Shown in pieces: positions 26,186-39,652 of a stretch of 64,000 nucleotides of DNA (position 1 is the stretch's first letter; each line of letters opens with the position of its first letter). Location of the stretch: NCBI GenBank assembly GCA_964247055.1, contig OZ176053.1:7688001-7752000 (forward strand). Direction: 5' to 3'. The stretch comes from Paragordius varius. Its lineage: Eukaryota > Animalia > Nematomorpha. Under the pieces are notes generated by a model. That model saw only the letters and a program-made list of their open reading frames with translations, was not told where the DNA came from and did not search any database. Made by a program: the position numbers and the translations under genes.

Positions 26186-28991
26186 TAAAAACACCCATAC
26201 TCTCCTTGTGGCAAAAGTAACGCTGACACAAAGATCATCATTAAGGCCCCAAAACATCAGACGATGGGTGCAGTTTGAATATCACTGCTTTAGGGACGCT
26301 TTAACATACATTTATTACAAATATTTTAGGATTTATCAATATAATTAAGTTTTACAGTAAAACCGTTTTTGAGCTAACATCGAATTGTCCTTTTTACATT
26401 TTGTACGAAATGTACCTTTGTGTTTACGCCGCAACACCTATTTAAGAAATAATTAAAATTTAACTGATTGCTTGATGTAGAATGTTGGATGAGACAATTT
26501 TTCGGAAACGTGTAGAATAAATCGCTGGGTGAGCTTCATTAGTAATTTAGGCCACCATATATAAAATAACGTGGGTGTTAATGCTAATTTTTGTTCCAGT
26601 TACACAACACCATGGGAATTCAATAAAAAATATACAGTTTAAATCTCTCACTTTTTTTCGTTGATATTAAAGAAATTAAATTGTATCACGACTGGTAAAA
26701 GCTTTACCATTCGCCTGACCAGGGCTGAGAGTGATGATGGAAAGATTGGTTTCAAACTTGCCACTCTACACACAAAGAGTCCAGCACCCTACTTAGTTGG
26801 GTATTAAGACAGACATATAAATTTCGACCATATAGAGATAGTATAAAAAAGGTGGCCAGTCTCCACACGTATCTTGAGACTATGACAGAGGCCGGGTGGT
26901 GGACCATAAGCACGCTTACCCTTAACCAAATACACCTTCGTAGGATAGAGAGACATCATCACTTCTGTGGCGAAGTGAGAGCCATCTACATCCATACTCG
27001 GGTTGTTTTCTTGAATAAATGTTTACAATATCTTAGAAGAGACGAGCATATGCAATATTTATGAGTTAGATAGCTGCGTTGTAATCTATAGATATATTTT
27101 ATGAATGAGAGAAATAGCTTGCAATGCGATGATGAATAAACTTCATAATTAATTATGCATATTTTTAATAATGATTAGATTAGTTACTATACAGTTACAG
27201 TTAGAGTTTGGTTGTTTTGCGTTAAGTTTGTCCTATAAAACCATTTTACAGATTAACTTGATTGAGATTGTTTTTGTAAAAGGTCCTATAGAATTATTAA
27301 ATGTTTGTTTCAAGTGTTGTGAAAGAATTTTAATTAATTTTATTCATTAATGATACTGTTCCCCTTTGAATGTGTGGCTTTTGCTTGAGACGACATTTTC
27401 TATTAGCAGAAATTTACGGCAAACAAAGCACAAATATATATAATATGTATAGTTAATCTTATCTCAACCACAACAACGCTCCAAAGGTCGGCGGCGGCTA
27501 GTCGCTTCGCACAGATGATTGCAAAACAGCTGATCACACACACGCAGAGACATGAGTTGGGGAGATGAGAGTTAACGAGCAACAACACTATGCAACATAA
27601 ACATAAACGCCAACACAACTGATTGTTTATCGTTAATTATCAATTAATGTAATTATAATTAATTTAGGCAAAGCAAGTTATAATTATTAATATTTAATGT
27701 ATAATGAATGATAAATGATGTTACGATAGGGTTTACTGCTGAATTCAATTATAATTTCGAATTTGTTTTAGAGGGAGGGGATCCCCTGTGTACTTGCGTT
27801 GAAAGACCATTTTTTCATAAACATCTGTTTTGTGAATTTATAATCAATCAATCAGTTACATGCTTTAACATTATAATTAATTGTTTGTTAAGTATATATT
27901 ATTGAATGAAAACAACATATTTTAGAAGATAGAAGAAAGTGCTTTAGGTCCGAAATCTAAACGTAATGAATTCGTATATATATTGAGTTTAGAAGTTTTG
28001 GAGGAATAACAGGCGCTGATGATGCCTTTTATATAAAATATTGAAGTACATGGGAACTATAATGATAAGAGCGTGTTAAAAATTGATTTCCATATTAATA
28101 TATATAAATATAATAAAAATACGCCATCTGTTTAATACATTTACATCAAATTACACTTAATTACTGTATATTATATAAAGTAGGCCAAAAAGTTTTAAAA
28201 ACAAAAGATATTATTGGCGTTTTCGGTATTTTAGTTGGATAACATGGGATTTAACTTACATTTTTGTTGGTAAGTTTGATTTTTTATTTTTATTAGTTAC
28301 ATTACATATTTAAAAAACACAGTGGCGCCTGTTTGCAATGAAATATCAGCAAAATGTATAATAAAGGGGAAATTATACATAACAGACATGTTAATTTAAT
28401 TCCCATTGATAATTAAAACACCGCCAATATTAGCTATTAATGGATTTATAAATTTTGTAGGAAACGTGAACGCTTTTTAAATTTAAATTCCGAAATTTTT
28501 ATTAATCTTAAATACTCCAAGCATGGTCGAGCCAATTTATTAAATCAGGCCCTATCAGTTGAGAGCCATTTCATGTGAAAAAGGCTTGTATAAAAAATTA
28601 AAATAATGTTGGTATAAATTTCATGATTTTTATATTTTTACGAATGCGCCAAACTTCGAGTCATATTTTATGGATTCCGTATTTAGCCGCTTACCCGATA
28701 AATCATTTCAAGTGATATCAAGTCTGAAAAATGATTTTTAGGCACTTTTTTGCCCAAGTTATAATTTAACGTAAATTCAGAGTGGATTTAGGTATTCCAT
28801 GTATAAAGGCAAACTTTTGTTCCAGCGTTTTTAAACTTGTCGGTCGGTATAGTTTTAAATTCTGTTGAATATGCATCATCTAGTAACGAAGCTTTGGAGT
28901 TTTTTGGAAAAATTAGACCATATAAATTCAATAAGTCGTTGGCATCTTCTGTATAAAGTCAGGAATTTTACAAGCGCCCTTTTTCGCTAAA

Positions 28992-31440
28992 TCTATATAT
29001 TTATAAAAATGGAAAATGCTGGCTCTGTGATCTATTTCCGGAAAACTGGTAGACTGATTTAAATCCAAATGTCGAAAAAATATAATCATTAATGAATGCC
29101 TCGACAATAGGCAGTTGAAGCCTACCAACGGTTTTTTAAAAAATGTCGACAAAAATCGTTCTATGAGATAATTTTCCGGAAATCTGCTGGACCAATCGAT
29201 TTCAAATATGATTCTTTTTACTTTTTTTCGATTGCGCAGAACATAGTCGGCTCGCTTTTTTAATTTAGGCCCTCTTTTTACCCGCTCCCCCCGTAAAATG
29301 CCATCTAAGTCCACAAAAATAATTTATGAAAATATTTTTCACCCAGAGTATGATACTGTAAACATTTAATGAAGATTCCAGATATTCCCTGTTAAAAGCA
29401 AAAACTTTAGTCGTGCGTTTTTTATAATTGGTGCAGGGTAAGGAGATACCCGCTAAAAACTTGGGGCTAAATTTCAGAAAACCTATAAGGTCATATAAGT
29501 TCAATAGGTCCTTAAAATAATACCCGTAACAAGGCAAAAATTTGCCGTTAATTAGGCCTTCACGCCCTGAAAAATGCGCCGCCATACAATGAATTTTTAG
29601 TAAAAACTAATGAAAGAATATCGAATCAATCATGCCAGGTATTCTCCGTAAAAAGGCAAAAATTTTAAACAAGCGCTTTTTTTGTAACAGCCTATGGGTA
29701 GAGAAATACCCGCCTAAAACTGTGCCACCATATCGAAATTGCGTTGTTTAGGAAATTTTCAAAAAACTTATGCAAAAATTTAAGCCGAGTGGATTTTTTA
29801 AATTATCCGTTAATTAGGCCCTTTACTCCCTAAAAAATGCGCTATCATTGAACTATTATTTAGTGAAGCCATTCTTCCAAAAATTATTGAGAACATAAGG
29901 AATGAATGATGATTTCGGGTATTCCCCTCAAAATTTTTTATCGGTCATTTTTATATTGGTCTCTGGATAGGGGGCTACCGCCAACAACTGCGCCACCATA
30001 TCGATACAGCGTGACTTTGGAGGTAAATTTTAGAAAACTTATCAAGCCATTTGAGTTCAAAAAGCTTCAAATATTACTAGTAAAAAGGCAAAAATTTAAG
30101 TAGAGGGGGTTTATTAAATTACCCCTTAATTAGGCCCTTGCCCTGAAAAATGCGCCACCATAGAGTGACCTTTTGGTTTTGCGGCAATTTTTCGAAAATC
30201 CCACGAGAGCATATGGATTCAATCATGATTACAGGTATCCTGATTAAGGCAAAAATTTTAATCGAGCGTTTTTTTGTTTCGTCCCTGGTTAGGCAGCTAC
30301 CCGCGTAAAACTGCGTCACCTTATTGATACAGCATAGCTTTGGAGCCATTCAGAAAACCTATGAGTCAAATATGAAGGTCCCATACAAAGGCAAAAATTT
30401 TGCCCAGTGCTTTTTTATCCATGCCCCTGGGTTATGTGCTACCCGCCAAAAACTACTCCACTATATAGAAATTGCGTTGTTTTGGAGCTAATGAAGAAAT
30501 ATCAGCTCATTAAAAGCTTGAGATATTACCCGTAAATAGGTAAAAAAGATCAGGCGTTTTTTATTAGTCGTTAGTTTGGGGCCTTTATGCCCTAAAAATA
30601 CGTCATCATTAGGGTGCTGACCAAGTCAACACGGTAATTGACCGGGTCATGACCAGGAGTGACTATTTATTTTTTAACCATGTTCATTGAAAAAAACACA
30701 TGTTTTTTGAAAAAATGCTGGTATTTTTTTTGGAAAAGAAGTGAGATTTTATTATATTTTAATATATTTTTTTAAAATATAAATTATATGCTTATTTCAA
30801 TATAAAATTGTTCATGCATCGTTATAACATTAGCATTTAAGCACATCCAGTTATTTCAAAAAACAAAACAATCATTCACTTTGCAAAACATGCAATTATT
30901 CCATATATGTGAACCAATAATGAAAAAACATTTTGTAATTGGATATTACATTAATGAAAGAAAGTCTAAAACAAACTAGGTAAAATTTTATTTGAAATAT
31001 TTAGTATTAAAAGCTATGTATTTGAAGATTTAGAAGGCCACAAACATGTGGCAAAATTTATTTGAAAACAAAATTCTTGATTAAATTTGATTGAAAATAT
31101 AGGTAAATGTATAATATAAACTTTTAAGAAAAACATGATATTATTAGTGAAACGCAGGTGTCGTACGAACATTATTTTCACAATCCAATATCGCATGATA
31201 TTTACTTAAGTAAAAAGCAGTTATGACCACGGTCATGATTATGGTCTGGGGTCTGACCGGACTTTTTTGAAAAAGCAGTCAAATGCACAACCCTAGTCAT
31301 CATATAACGAATATTTAGTGTTGAGGTATTTTTTCGAATAAGCAAGATGATTCCAAATATTTGCCGTATAAAGGCAAAGAATTTAACTCAGCGCTTTTTC
31401 CATATAGGTCTATGGGTAGGGGTCTACCGGTTTAAAACTG
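28992..31440 (+). mobile_element. Non-autonomous Helitron copy 3 (3' end not found), interrupted by a hAT MITE
   Basis: Starts A|TCTATATATTTATAAAAATGGAAAATGCTGGC at 28992, identical to the 5' end of copy 1. Degenerate ~250-300-bp subrepeats follow. Confidence 0.8.
30610..31295. mobile_element. hAT-type MITE with perfect 8-bp TSD
   Basis: GTCATCAT at 30602-30609 and 31296-31303; ends TAGGGTG... and ...TGCACAACCCTA. Confidence 0.85.
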
Positions 31441-31751
31441 AGACGCCATACAAAAATGGCGTGGTTTTGGAGCACGAGCTCTGTTAAACACTTTCTGGGG
31501 AATTTGTATATTAAAAAGGGATCATAAATGATTTACTTTTAATATCCCTTGATCCCAACTGTGTCAAATTCAAAATGAAACTTTTACCCATGATTTCGAA
31601 AACGAAAATCCTAATAAATCCAATGATAGATGAATATTAACTTACATAGGGACATTTTAAATAAGGTCAATTTCGAAACATGATATAAAAGAATAATTGA
31701 AGAAATGATATTCTTTTTATTAAATATATCTTTTATTATTTTTTATCTCCA

Positions 31752-33647
31752 CTAGCGTAAATCTCGTCTGCTACGCATCCTGAGGAAGTCCTTCGGACTT
31801 CTGGGGGGGGGGGGGGGGGGGGGGCTATTTGAAGAAAAGGATCAATAAAATGATCCAAATATGTGGATTAGGGTTTAAACCGGTAGACCCCTACCCATAG
31901 GCCTATATGGAAAAAGCGCTTTAAATTATTGCCTTTATAAAAAAATATTTGGAATCATCTTTAAGGCCATCGTCTCATGGGTTATTCGAAAAAATACCTC
32001 AACATAAATAATCGTTATATGATAGCTTATTTTTAGGGCATAATGGCCCCAAATTAACGGCTAGTAAAAAAAGGCCTGACCTAAATTTTTACCTAGTTAC
32101 GGGTAATATTTCGAACTTTAAATAAGCTCATATGGCATAAGTTTTCTTTAAATTAGTTCCAAAATAACGCAATTCTAAATAGTGGCACAGTTTTTGGCGG
32201 GTAGCTTCTTATCCAGAGGCAGGTATAAAATGCGTCGGGCAAAATATTGTTTATGGGGAATATCTGGAATTATAATTTCCATATGTTCCTATAAATTCTT
32301 GTAAATATTGCTTCAAAACTAAAAAATTGTTCTATGGCGGCGAATTTTTCAGGGTGTAAAACTTTTCTTAGCGACTCATTGAAATCACCCCATATACTAA
32401 ATTATTTGTAAGGGGTAATAAATATTTTAGGCCCTTATTGATCTCACATAGTCTCATAGGTTTTCTGAAATTTGGCTCCAAAGGCATGCTGTATCGATAT
32501 AGTGACGCATTTTTAGGCGGGTCGCCCCCTCCCCAGAGGCCAATATAAAAAAGACGTTCGATAATATTTTTTGCCTTTATATGGGAATACCTGGAATCAT
32601 CATGCATTCCATATGTTCTAAATAGTTTATGGAAGAATGGCTTTTAAACCAAATAATTGTTCAATGATAGCTCATTGTTAGGACGTACAGGCCTTAATTA
32701 ACGGTTAATTTAAAAAACCTCACGACCAAAATTTTTGCCTTGTTCGGAGTGATATTTTAAGCACCTATTGAACTCATATGGCCTGATAGGCTTTCTGAAA
32801 TTTAGTCCCAAAGGCACGCTATTTTGATACGACGGGACAGTTTTTAGTGGGTATTTTTTTACTTAGCAGCCAATATAAAAAACGCTCGACTAAAATTTTT
32901 GCTTTTTTACGGAAAATACGTGGAATCATGATTGATTCCACTCTCATTCGTTTTTGGAGAAATTGCCTCAAAACTAAAAAATTATTCTATGGTGGCGCAT
33001 TTTTCAGGGAGCAAAGGGCCTAATTAACGGCTAATTTTAAAAAACATACGACCTAAATGTTTGCCTCGTTAGGGTAATATTTTAAGCACCTATTTAACTC
33101 ATATGGCCTGATAGGTATTTTGAAATCTAGTATGACGGGTCAGTTTTTAGCGGGTAGCTTCTTACCCAGCAGCTATCATTAAAAAACGCACGACTAACAT
33201 TTTTGCCTTATAACAGGTACCCGGAATCCTCATTAAATTTTTACGGTCTCATAGCTTGGGCGAAATATAGATTCAAAAAATTATTTTTGCGGACTTATTT
33301 TTTTTGAAAAAAATAGCATTTTACGAGGGGAGCGGGTAAAAAGAGGGTGTAAATTAAAAAAGCGAGGCGTCTATGTTCGGCGCAATCGAAAATAAGTAAA
33401 AAAAAATATATTAAAATTGAATGGTCCAACACGTTCTCCGGAAAATTGTCTTAAAGACACGATTTTATGGACTTCTATTTTCAAAAAAACCCATTTTTTA
33501 CACGGGGTGGGCCCGAACTGGGGACCTAATTCAAAAAAGGGCGAAGCAATTGTCGGGGCATTCATCAATGAATATATTTTTTCGACACTACTGGTTTTCC
33601 GTAAAAGATCACAAAGCCACCACTTTCCATTTTTATAAATATATAGA
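31752..33647 (-). mobile_element. Non-autonomous Helitron copy 2
   Basis: Same termini as copy 1: TCTATATATTTATAAAAATGG at 33647, and CTAG|T at 31752 with the GAAGTCCTTCGGACTTC palindrome. G22 run at 31803-31824. Confidence 0.85.
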
Positions 33648-33696
33648 TTACCTCTATTTATTGCCAAATATTAAGAATAATTATTGGTGAAACTAC

Positions 33697-33727
33697 GTCA
33701 CCGCGAAGCGTGACAAGGACAGCTAAT
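33697..33727 (+). mobile_element. Possible isolated 3' terminus of another Helitron family
   Basis: Hairpin GTCACCGC-GAA-GCGTGAC followed ~8 nt later by CTAA|T (a CTRR-like end). Confidence 0.4.
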
Positions 33728-33859
33728 CTTTAATAAAACACACCTATCGGAATGAAACTTCCAATATTGTAAACATATGTGTGTGTTATAGCTAGTCATG
33801 TAGTGACTTTTAGCTTTCTCATAAATTAATGTTCTCCATTTTTGCCGATGAGGAAAAGT

Positions 33860-34111
33860 TCGGTTTATTATTGATATAAGCATGTCGATTTACCGCTTTT
33901 TGGGTCTGCCCCTTCTGCGGGTGCCATCTACCAACCCAAAAAGTATGCTTTGTTCTAGTGAGTCGGATCGCAGGATATGACCCAGATATTTTAGCTGTTT
34001 GAAGATTATTAAATCGTGAAGTAAAAATTCGGGTTTGATGAGGTTGAGGATATAAGAATTAGAGATGTGGGCTTCCCAGGAGATTCTCAATATTTTCCGA
34101 AAGCACCACAT
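33860..34111 (-). pseudogene. 3'-terminal fragment of an RTE-clade LINE
   Basis: MWCFRKILRISW..QLKYLGHILRSDSLEQSILFGLVDGTRRRGRPKKR is the characteristic RTE C-terminus. Confidence 0.85.
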
Positions 34112-34463
34112 TTGAGAAGAGTTTATGCGGGCTTTGTCAATGGATTTTCATATTTATGAATATGGGCAAAATGGACATATGAACATGCGGAAGCAAACTG
34201 TAAAAACAAAATAAAGCTTTACACTTGCTAAGCGACCTATTATATTGGCTGGGATTGATGATTAGATTTCGGCACAATAATTTATACTATGCTTCTGTTA
34301 TCGCGCACATAGGTCATTTCAGGCTATAATTATATCGTTATTTTGGGAGCGCAAAAAGTCAAAAGGCACCTTATTGATAACCACTATCTCAAAATATGCA
34401 AAGTAAAAAAAATATATGCAAAATTTTTAGATATCGATTGTAAAATGTTTTAAGAATTATTAA

Positions 34464-37400
34464 TAGGGTGACCAGACGTCCCGCTTTTTCACACTTTGTC
34501 CCGCGTACCGCTACGTTTTAGAAATGTCCCGCTTTTTCCCGATTATATAAAAAAAATTTTTTAATACATTTAAATTTTTTATCATTATTTATCTTTAAAA
34601 TCTATATCCATTTTTAATTAAAAATTTTTATTTCTAAATTAAAAATATTTATTTTTTCGAATTTATATCATATAATTTTACACTTTGCTTCCTACTCCTG
34701 CTACCAACATTATCAAAAAAACAAATTAATACCACAAATCGGTAGCTTATACGTTTCCTCCAGAAAATTAAAGTAATATAATATTTTTTTATACCAATAT
34801 TATTTTAAAAATATGAGTATAAAAAGAGGTTAATTCAACGATGAATTAATGAAAGAATTATTTCCTTTAAGCAAAAAGAATAAATCATTTGATAAATGTT
34901 CTTTATGCAAGGGGGATTTCACCCTAGCACATTGCGGCAAGCATGATATTACAAAGCATATGGAAACACAAAAACATAATGTTTAGATATGGCGGCATTA
35001 TCTTACAAAATGAGCGATTTTTATCGAAAAACCGCTTTTGGAGAGGACGAAAAGGATTTGGCACTAGCCGAAGGCGTTGTATCTTTTCACGCCGTTAATC
35101 ACTATCATTCCTTTAGATCTATGGATTGTAACTCACAAGTTATTCGTACCTTATTCAATAAAAAATTTACATGTGTTTGAACAAAGGCTAAAGCCATTGT
35201 ATGCAATGTCCTTTCGCCACATGCATTTTCTATACAAAAAGATTTGCTAAATTAATTTCATATAGCTAGACTCTATCTAATGCATCAAATCACAAGGAAG
35301 CAAAATTATTTCCCACTTTAATAAAATATTTTGATCCAGAAACCGGATTAAAAATTAAAATTGTTGGTTTTTTCTCTCCCGGTGAAAATTCCGACATAAA
35401 TTTTTACTTCAATAATGAATATACTAGAAAAAAATAATTTAAAAGACATCGCATATTGCGCTGACAACACCAATACGAACTTCAGTGGAAAAGCAAGAAG
35501 GGGAAAATATATTTTTAATAAATTAGCAGATAATCTTAATCAAAACATTATTGGCGTTGAGTGGGCAGCGCATATGATACACAATGCTATTCAAACAGCT
35601 CCTGATTTGTTACCCCTAGATGTGGAAAATGTAGTTGTTAAAATATATTCCTATTTTTAATACACGGTACGCGTTGAAACGCTTAAGGAATTTTGTGAAA
35701 ATGCAGAAGTTCAATATCAAAAAATGCTTAGATATTGTAAAACTCGTTGGTTAGCTCTTCTGCCCAGCTATTAAAAGAATTTTAAAAATGTATGATCCTT
35801 TAAAATCCTTTTTTTTATCACAGGACAAATGTCCTACAAATTTAGAAAAGTTTTTTTAAAGGACAAAAATATGGTTAGAGTTCCTACATAATCAAGCTTC
35901 TCTCTTTCAAAATATTAAATTGATAGAAGGTGACAAAATTTCGGCAATCATAGCTAATGAAGTTAGCAACCTAAAATTCCGATGTCAAGAAAGGTTAGAA
36001 AATAATTTTATACCATTAACCATCCGCAATATTATAGATAATTTAGAAAAACAAGGCTTAATAAATCGCCAAGATATCCTGTACCATATGTTTTATACCT
36101 GTAAAGATTATTTGGAAGACTTGACGGTGCAATTTTATGAAATTGATCATTTTCATTGGATAATATTAAAACCAAAATTTAATTGGTGCGATGTTCAAAA
36201 GTCATTTGATTACATCTGCTCTCCCAAAAATTCCCAAAAAGTAATCTTTCAGTAAATCTTTTTTCTAAAGTATCATTAATTAAAAAATATAATAATAATG
36301 AAAAACTTAAATTATGGACAACAAAAAAAATACAGTATAAAAGAAATGGTTATATTTGATTATTTTGAAGCAAACTATCTTTATCTAGAAGTTACAGTAA
36401 ATCAGGTGTGGACATTGAAAAATCAAATTTAAATGTTTAAACTTTAAAGGCCATTGTCAAATATAATTTGACTAATTCTTGTGAAGACTTCTACATATTT
36501 TAAAAAATGATGACAATCTGCTAAAACGCATTCACTCAAATAATATATATGCCAAAGAATAAAATATTTTCTTATCTTTATAAAGTTTTTGTGTTAAATA
36601 AAAAATTACTTAAAATAATGTATAAGTCTTCATAATAATTTGTCCAATTATGCTTGAATACATAAAATGGCTTTAAAAGTGTCAACATTTAATTTGATTT
36701 TTCAGTGTCCACACTTGATTTACTGTGAAACGCGTTCTATAGCAGTTGTTCCAGGTAAAGATAATGCAAATTCTACAATTTTTAAAATATTTTTGTATGG
36801 AACATAGCTCGTTTAAAAATAATTATTTCAAACCATTTCTATTCTACTGTATTTTTTTCGGTTGTCCATAATATAAGTTTTCATTATCAATATATTTATT
36901 TATTAATCATTCTTCAGAAAAAAGTGTCATTCCACCGTCTTGTCTTCCAAATAATCTTTTCAGTTTGTATAAAACATTTTTATATCTGGCTATTCATTTA
37001 GCCTTGTTTTTCTGGATGATTATAATATTGCGATTAGGTAATGGTATGAAATTATTTTCTAACCTTTCTTAACTTGGAATTGACATTTGTCATGTGATAA
37101 AAAAAAGAGGATTCTAGGCGATCATACATTTTTAAATTTTTTTCAATAGCTGGCAAAAGAGCTAACCAACGAGTTTAACAATATCCAAGAATTTTAACAA
37201 ATACATTTTCCACATCCTGGGGTACAAATCAGCAGCTGTTTTAATAGCGTTGTGTATCCACCAATAATGTTTTGTAAGATTATTAGCTAAATTTTTATAA
37301 ATATTTTTTTGTGCCGCTCCTTGTATTTCCACCCAACGCACTTTTCGGATTTTGTCTTTTAAATTATTTTTTTCCAAAATATTCATTTTTGAAGTAAAAT

Positions 37401-37731
37401 TTATGTCAGAATTTTCACTCGATAGAGAATGAGTGAGGAAAATAATTATGTGCATCAGAATATAGCGATATAAAATCTATTTTCTGCAACTCTTTTTCTA
37501 TTTTAGAAAATGCATGTGGTGAAAGAAAATTGCATACAATCGTTTCACCTGAATAAGGTACGAATAACCTGAGACCAAGGAATAAAAAATTTTTTTATAT
37601 TTATATTATATTTGTGTTAAAAATAAATTAATATTACAATAAATTTTTTGTATGAAAATTTTTGGTTGTACCCCTTATGCTCTTTTTTCAGATTTGTCCC
37701 GTTTTTTTCTTCAAAAAATCTGGTCACCCTT
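34464..37731 (+). mobile_element. hAT Blackjack-like transposon with decayed transposase (~34795-36560)
   Basis: TIRs TAGGGTGACCAGA / TCTGGTCACCCT; TSD attattaa/atcattaa (7 of 8). Pseudo-ORF with a zinc-finger-like start (CSLCKGDF..HDITKHMETQKH), YCADNTNTNFSG, HMIHNA and [10 protein letters not shown]. Confidence 0.85.
36690..37580 (-). pseudogene. Inverted partial second copy of the Blackjack-like transposase inside the same element
   Basis: Minus-strand MNILEKNNLKD..IHNAIKTAADLYP duplicates the plus-strand MNILEKNNLKD..IHNAIQTAPDLLP at 35415. Confidence 0.8.
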
Positions 37732-37774
37732 ATCATTAACCAAGTAGTATTTTTTTATTATTTTATTGACAGTA

Positions 37775-38095
37775 CAGGGTTGTTCAACAAGCTGCCCACC
37801 GGCCGCACGCGCCTCTCCGAGATGTTTTATGTGCGACCCGTAAAAAATTTAGAAAATTACCAAATAAATAAGAATCCTACAAGAAAAAATACAGTCTCAA
37901 ACGCTTATTAAAAGTGTTATTTCCCAATAATCTATTCTTAAATGCCTTTCCAATTGCCTAAGAAATAAATTTGGTAAAATTAGTTATATTTATTGTAATT
38001 TTTTTACAGTCTTATGTATGTAATCTAATAAAATATTTAGTAATGCCAAACTATTTTTCGGTAGCCTTCGAAGCCATTTGTGTTGGACAACCCTG
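37775..38095. mobile_element. hAT-type MITE
   Basis: TIRs CAGGGTTGTTCAAC / GTTGGACAACCCTG; TSD not clearly preserved. Confidence 0.7.
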
Positions 38096-39652
38096 GCTTA
38101 GTCGCAAAATTATTTTAGATTACTTAGTTTAAACTTTTAACATATACCACAACGCCGACAAAATACAGACAAATAATTTTCGCGTTTTCTTTCATACTGT
38201 TTTATAAAATGTTGGAATGTTTCATCTTTGAAACAAATATATGTGCCGTTGTTTTATCATCCAAAAAAATTAATTAGTTTTTAGGTTGTTTACCTGAAGC
38301 GCATAAATGTCAAAAACTCTATCCCTCTCTCACTTTATTATTTACTTAAGGTATATAGAATAGGATAATCCCTTTAAAATTAGTCGATATATGTATTGTG
38401 TTTTATATCGTTATAAATATTAGTTTATTTAAATTAAACATTGTGACGTTATAAAAACTATAAGAGGTTTGATTAACAAAGGTAAAAATTTCCTTTCTAC
38501 TATCATTACATATAAAACAATCAAAATGATACAGGTATTTTTGATATTTTCATATTTGATTTGTAAACAAGTGTTTGAATTGGTGTCTAATATTGTGTTG
38601 AAATAAACAAATCATTATCAATAAAAATACATAAATTTTGAATATATTTGATTTATGAATATTAAAATGTATAACAAAACAATAATTATAAGTTTGCTAG
38701 AACTTTTATATATTAAGTTTTTAGAAAAATCTTAAACGATAATCATAAATTTGGCAAATTATTTAATTTTTTTTTACCTTTCGCAACTATAATGTTTATT
38801 TTGTGGTTCAAGACATATGTTATTTAAATTAAGATGTTTTTCTACATGTTAACCAAATTTTTCAACTTACAAATATACAGATTGTGTTGATTGCATTCCA
38901 GCATTGTCTCAATGAAAGTTAATGACTGTTTTTATTTGTTTCTACTTGCCATTGGAAACGCTAATTTATTGAAAAACAGAGTTAGCACACTTATACATAT
39001 GATATGAATTTTATAACTATATATTTAGACACACACATCTACAAGCTAACGAAGATACATAGTATAAAAAATGTTAGTATATAAAAACAACACAAACAAA
39101 ACAACATTATTATGTATAAACGAATGAAAACAAAATATCACACACTGCAATAAGCAACCTCCCCCACCATACAAAAAGAAGAGTAGTATATACATAATGC
39201 ATAAATATCATTGCAATAGTTATATATACATGTATAACATTGCGCACATCATACACATAGAAAGGAAGAAGAAAACATGATTAAAATGATAGTATTATCA
39301 CAATCGTTGAAATAAAATATTATGTACATATGAAGAACTCATTAAAGTTACTCCTTTACCTCCAATAATTTATTAATACCATTCATTACTCTACCACTGT
39401 AACCACCGATATTGTTATAAAAACTTGTCAAAAACAAAAGTTGGTAATACTTACGGATATATTGGTAATCTTATTTTTACCGTTTAAAGACAAACATTCG
39501 GACACCATTTTTGAGGTATATTTTATTATGTTATATAATATAGGTGCCAAATAATCTGATGACTTAATTATTTATGTCGTTAAAAACACTTGATTACACC
39601 TGTATAAATTATGCAAAATTGGATTTATCCGTCATGTGATATCTAACTGGTT

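Noticed and set aside
38880-38995. Possible H/ACA snoRNA (stem ctgttttt/aaaaacag, downstream ACA)
   Set aside because: No convincing ANANNA hinge and a weak first hairpin; AT-rich stems arise by chance.
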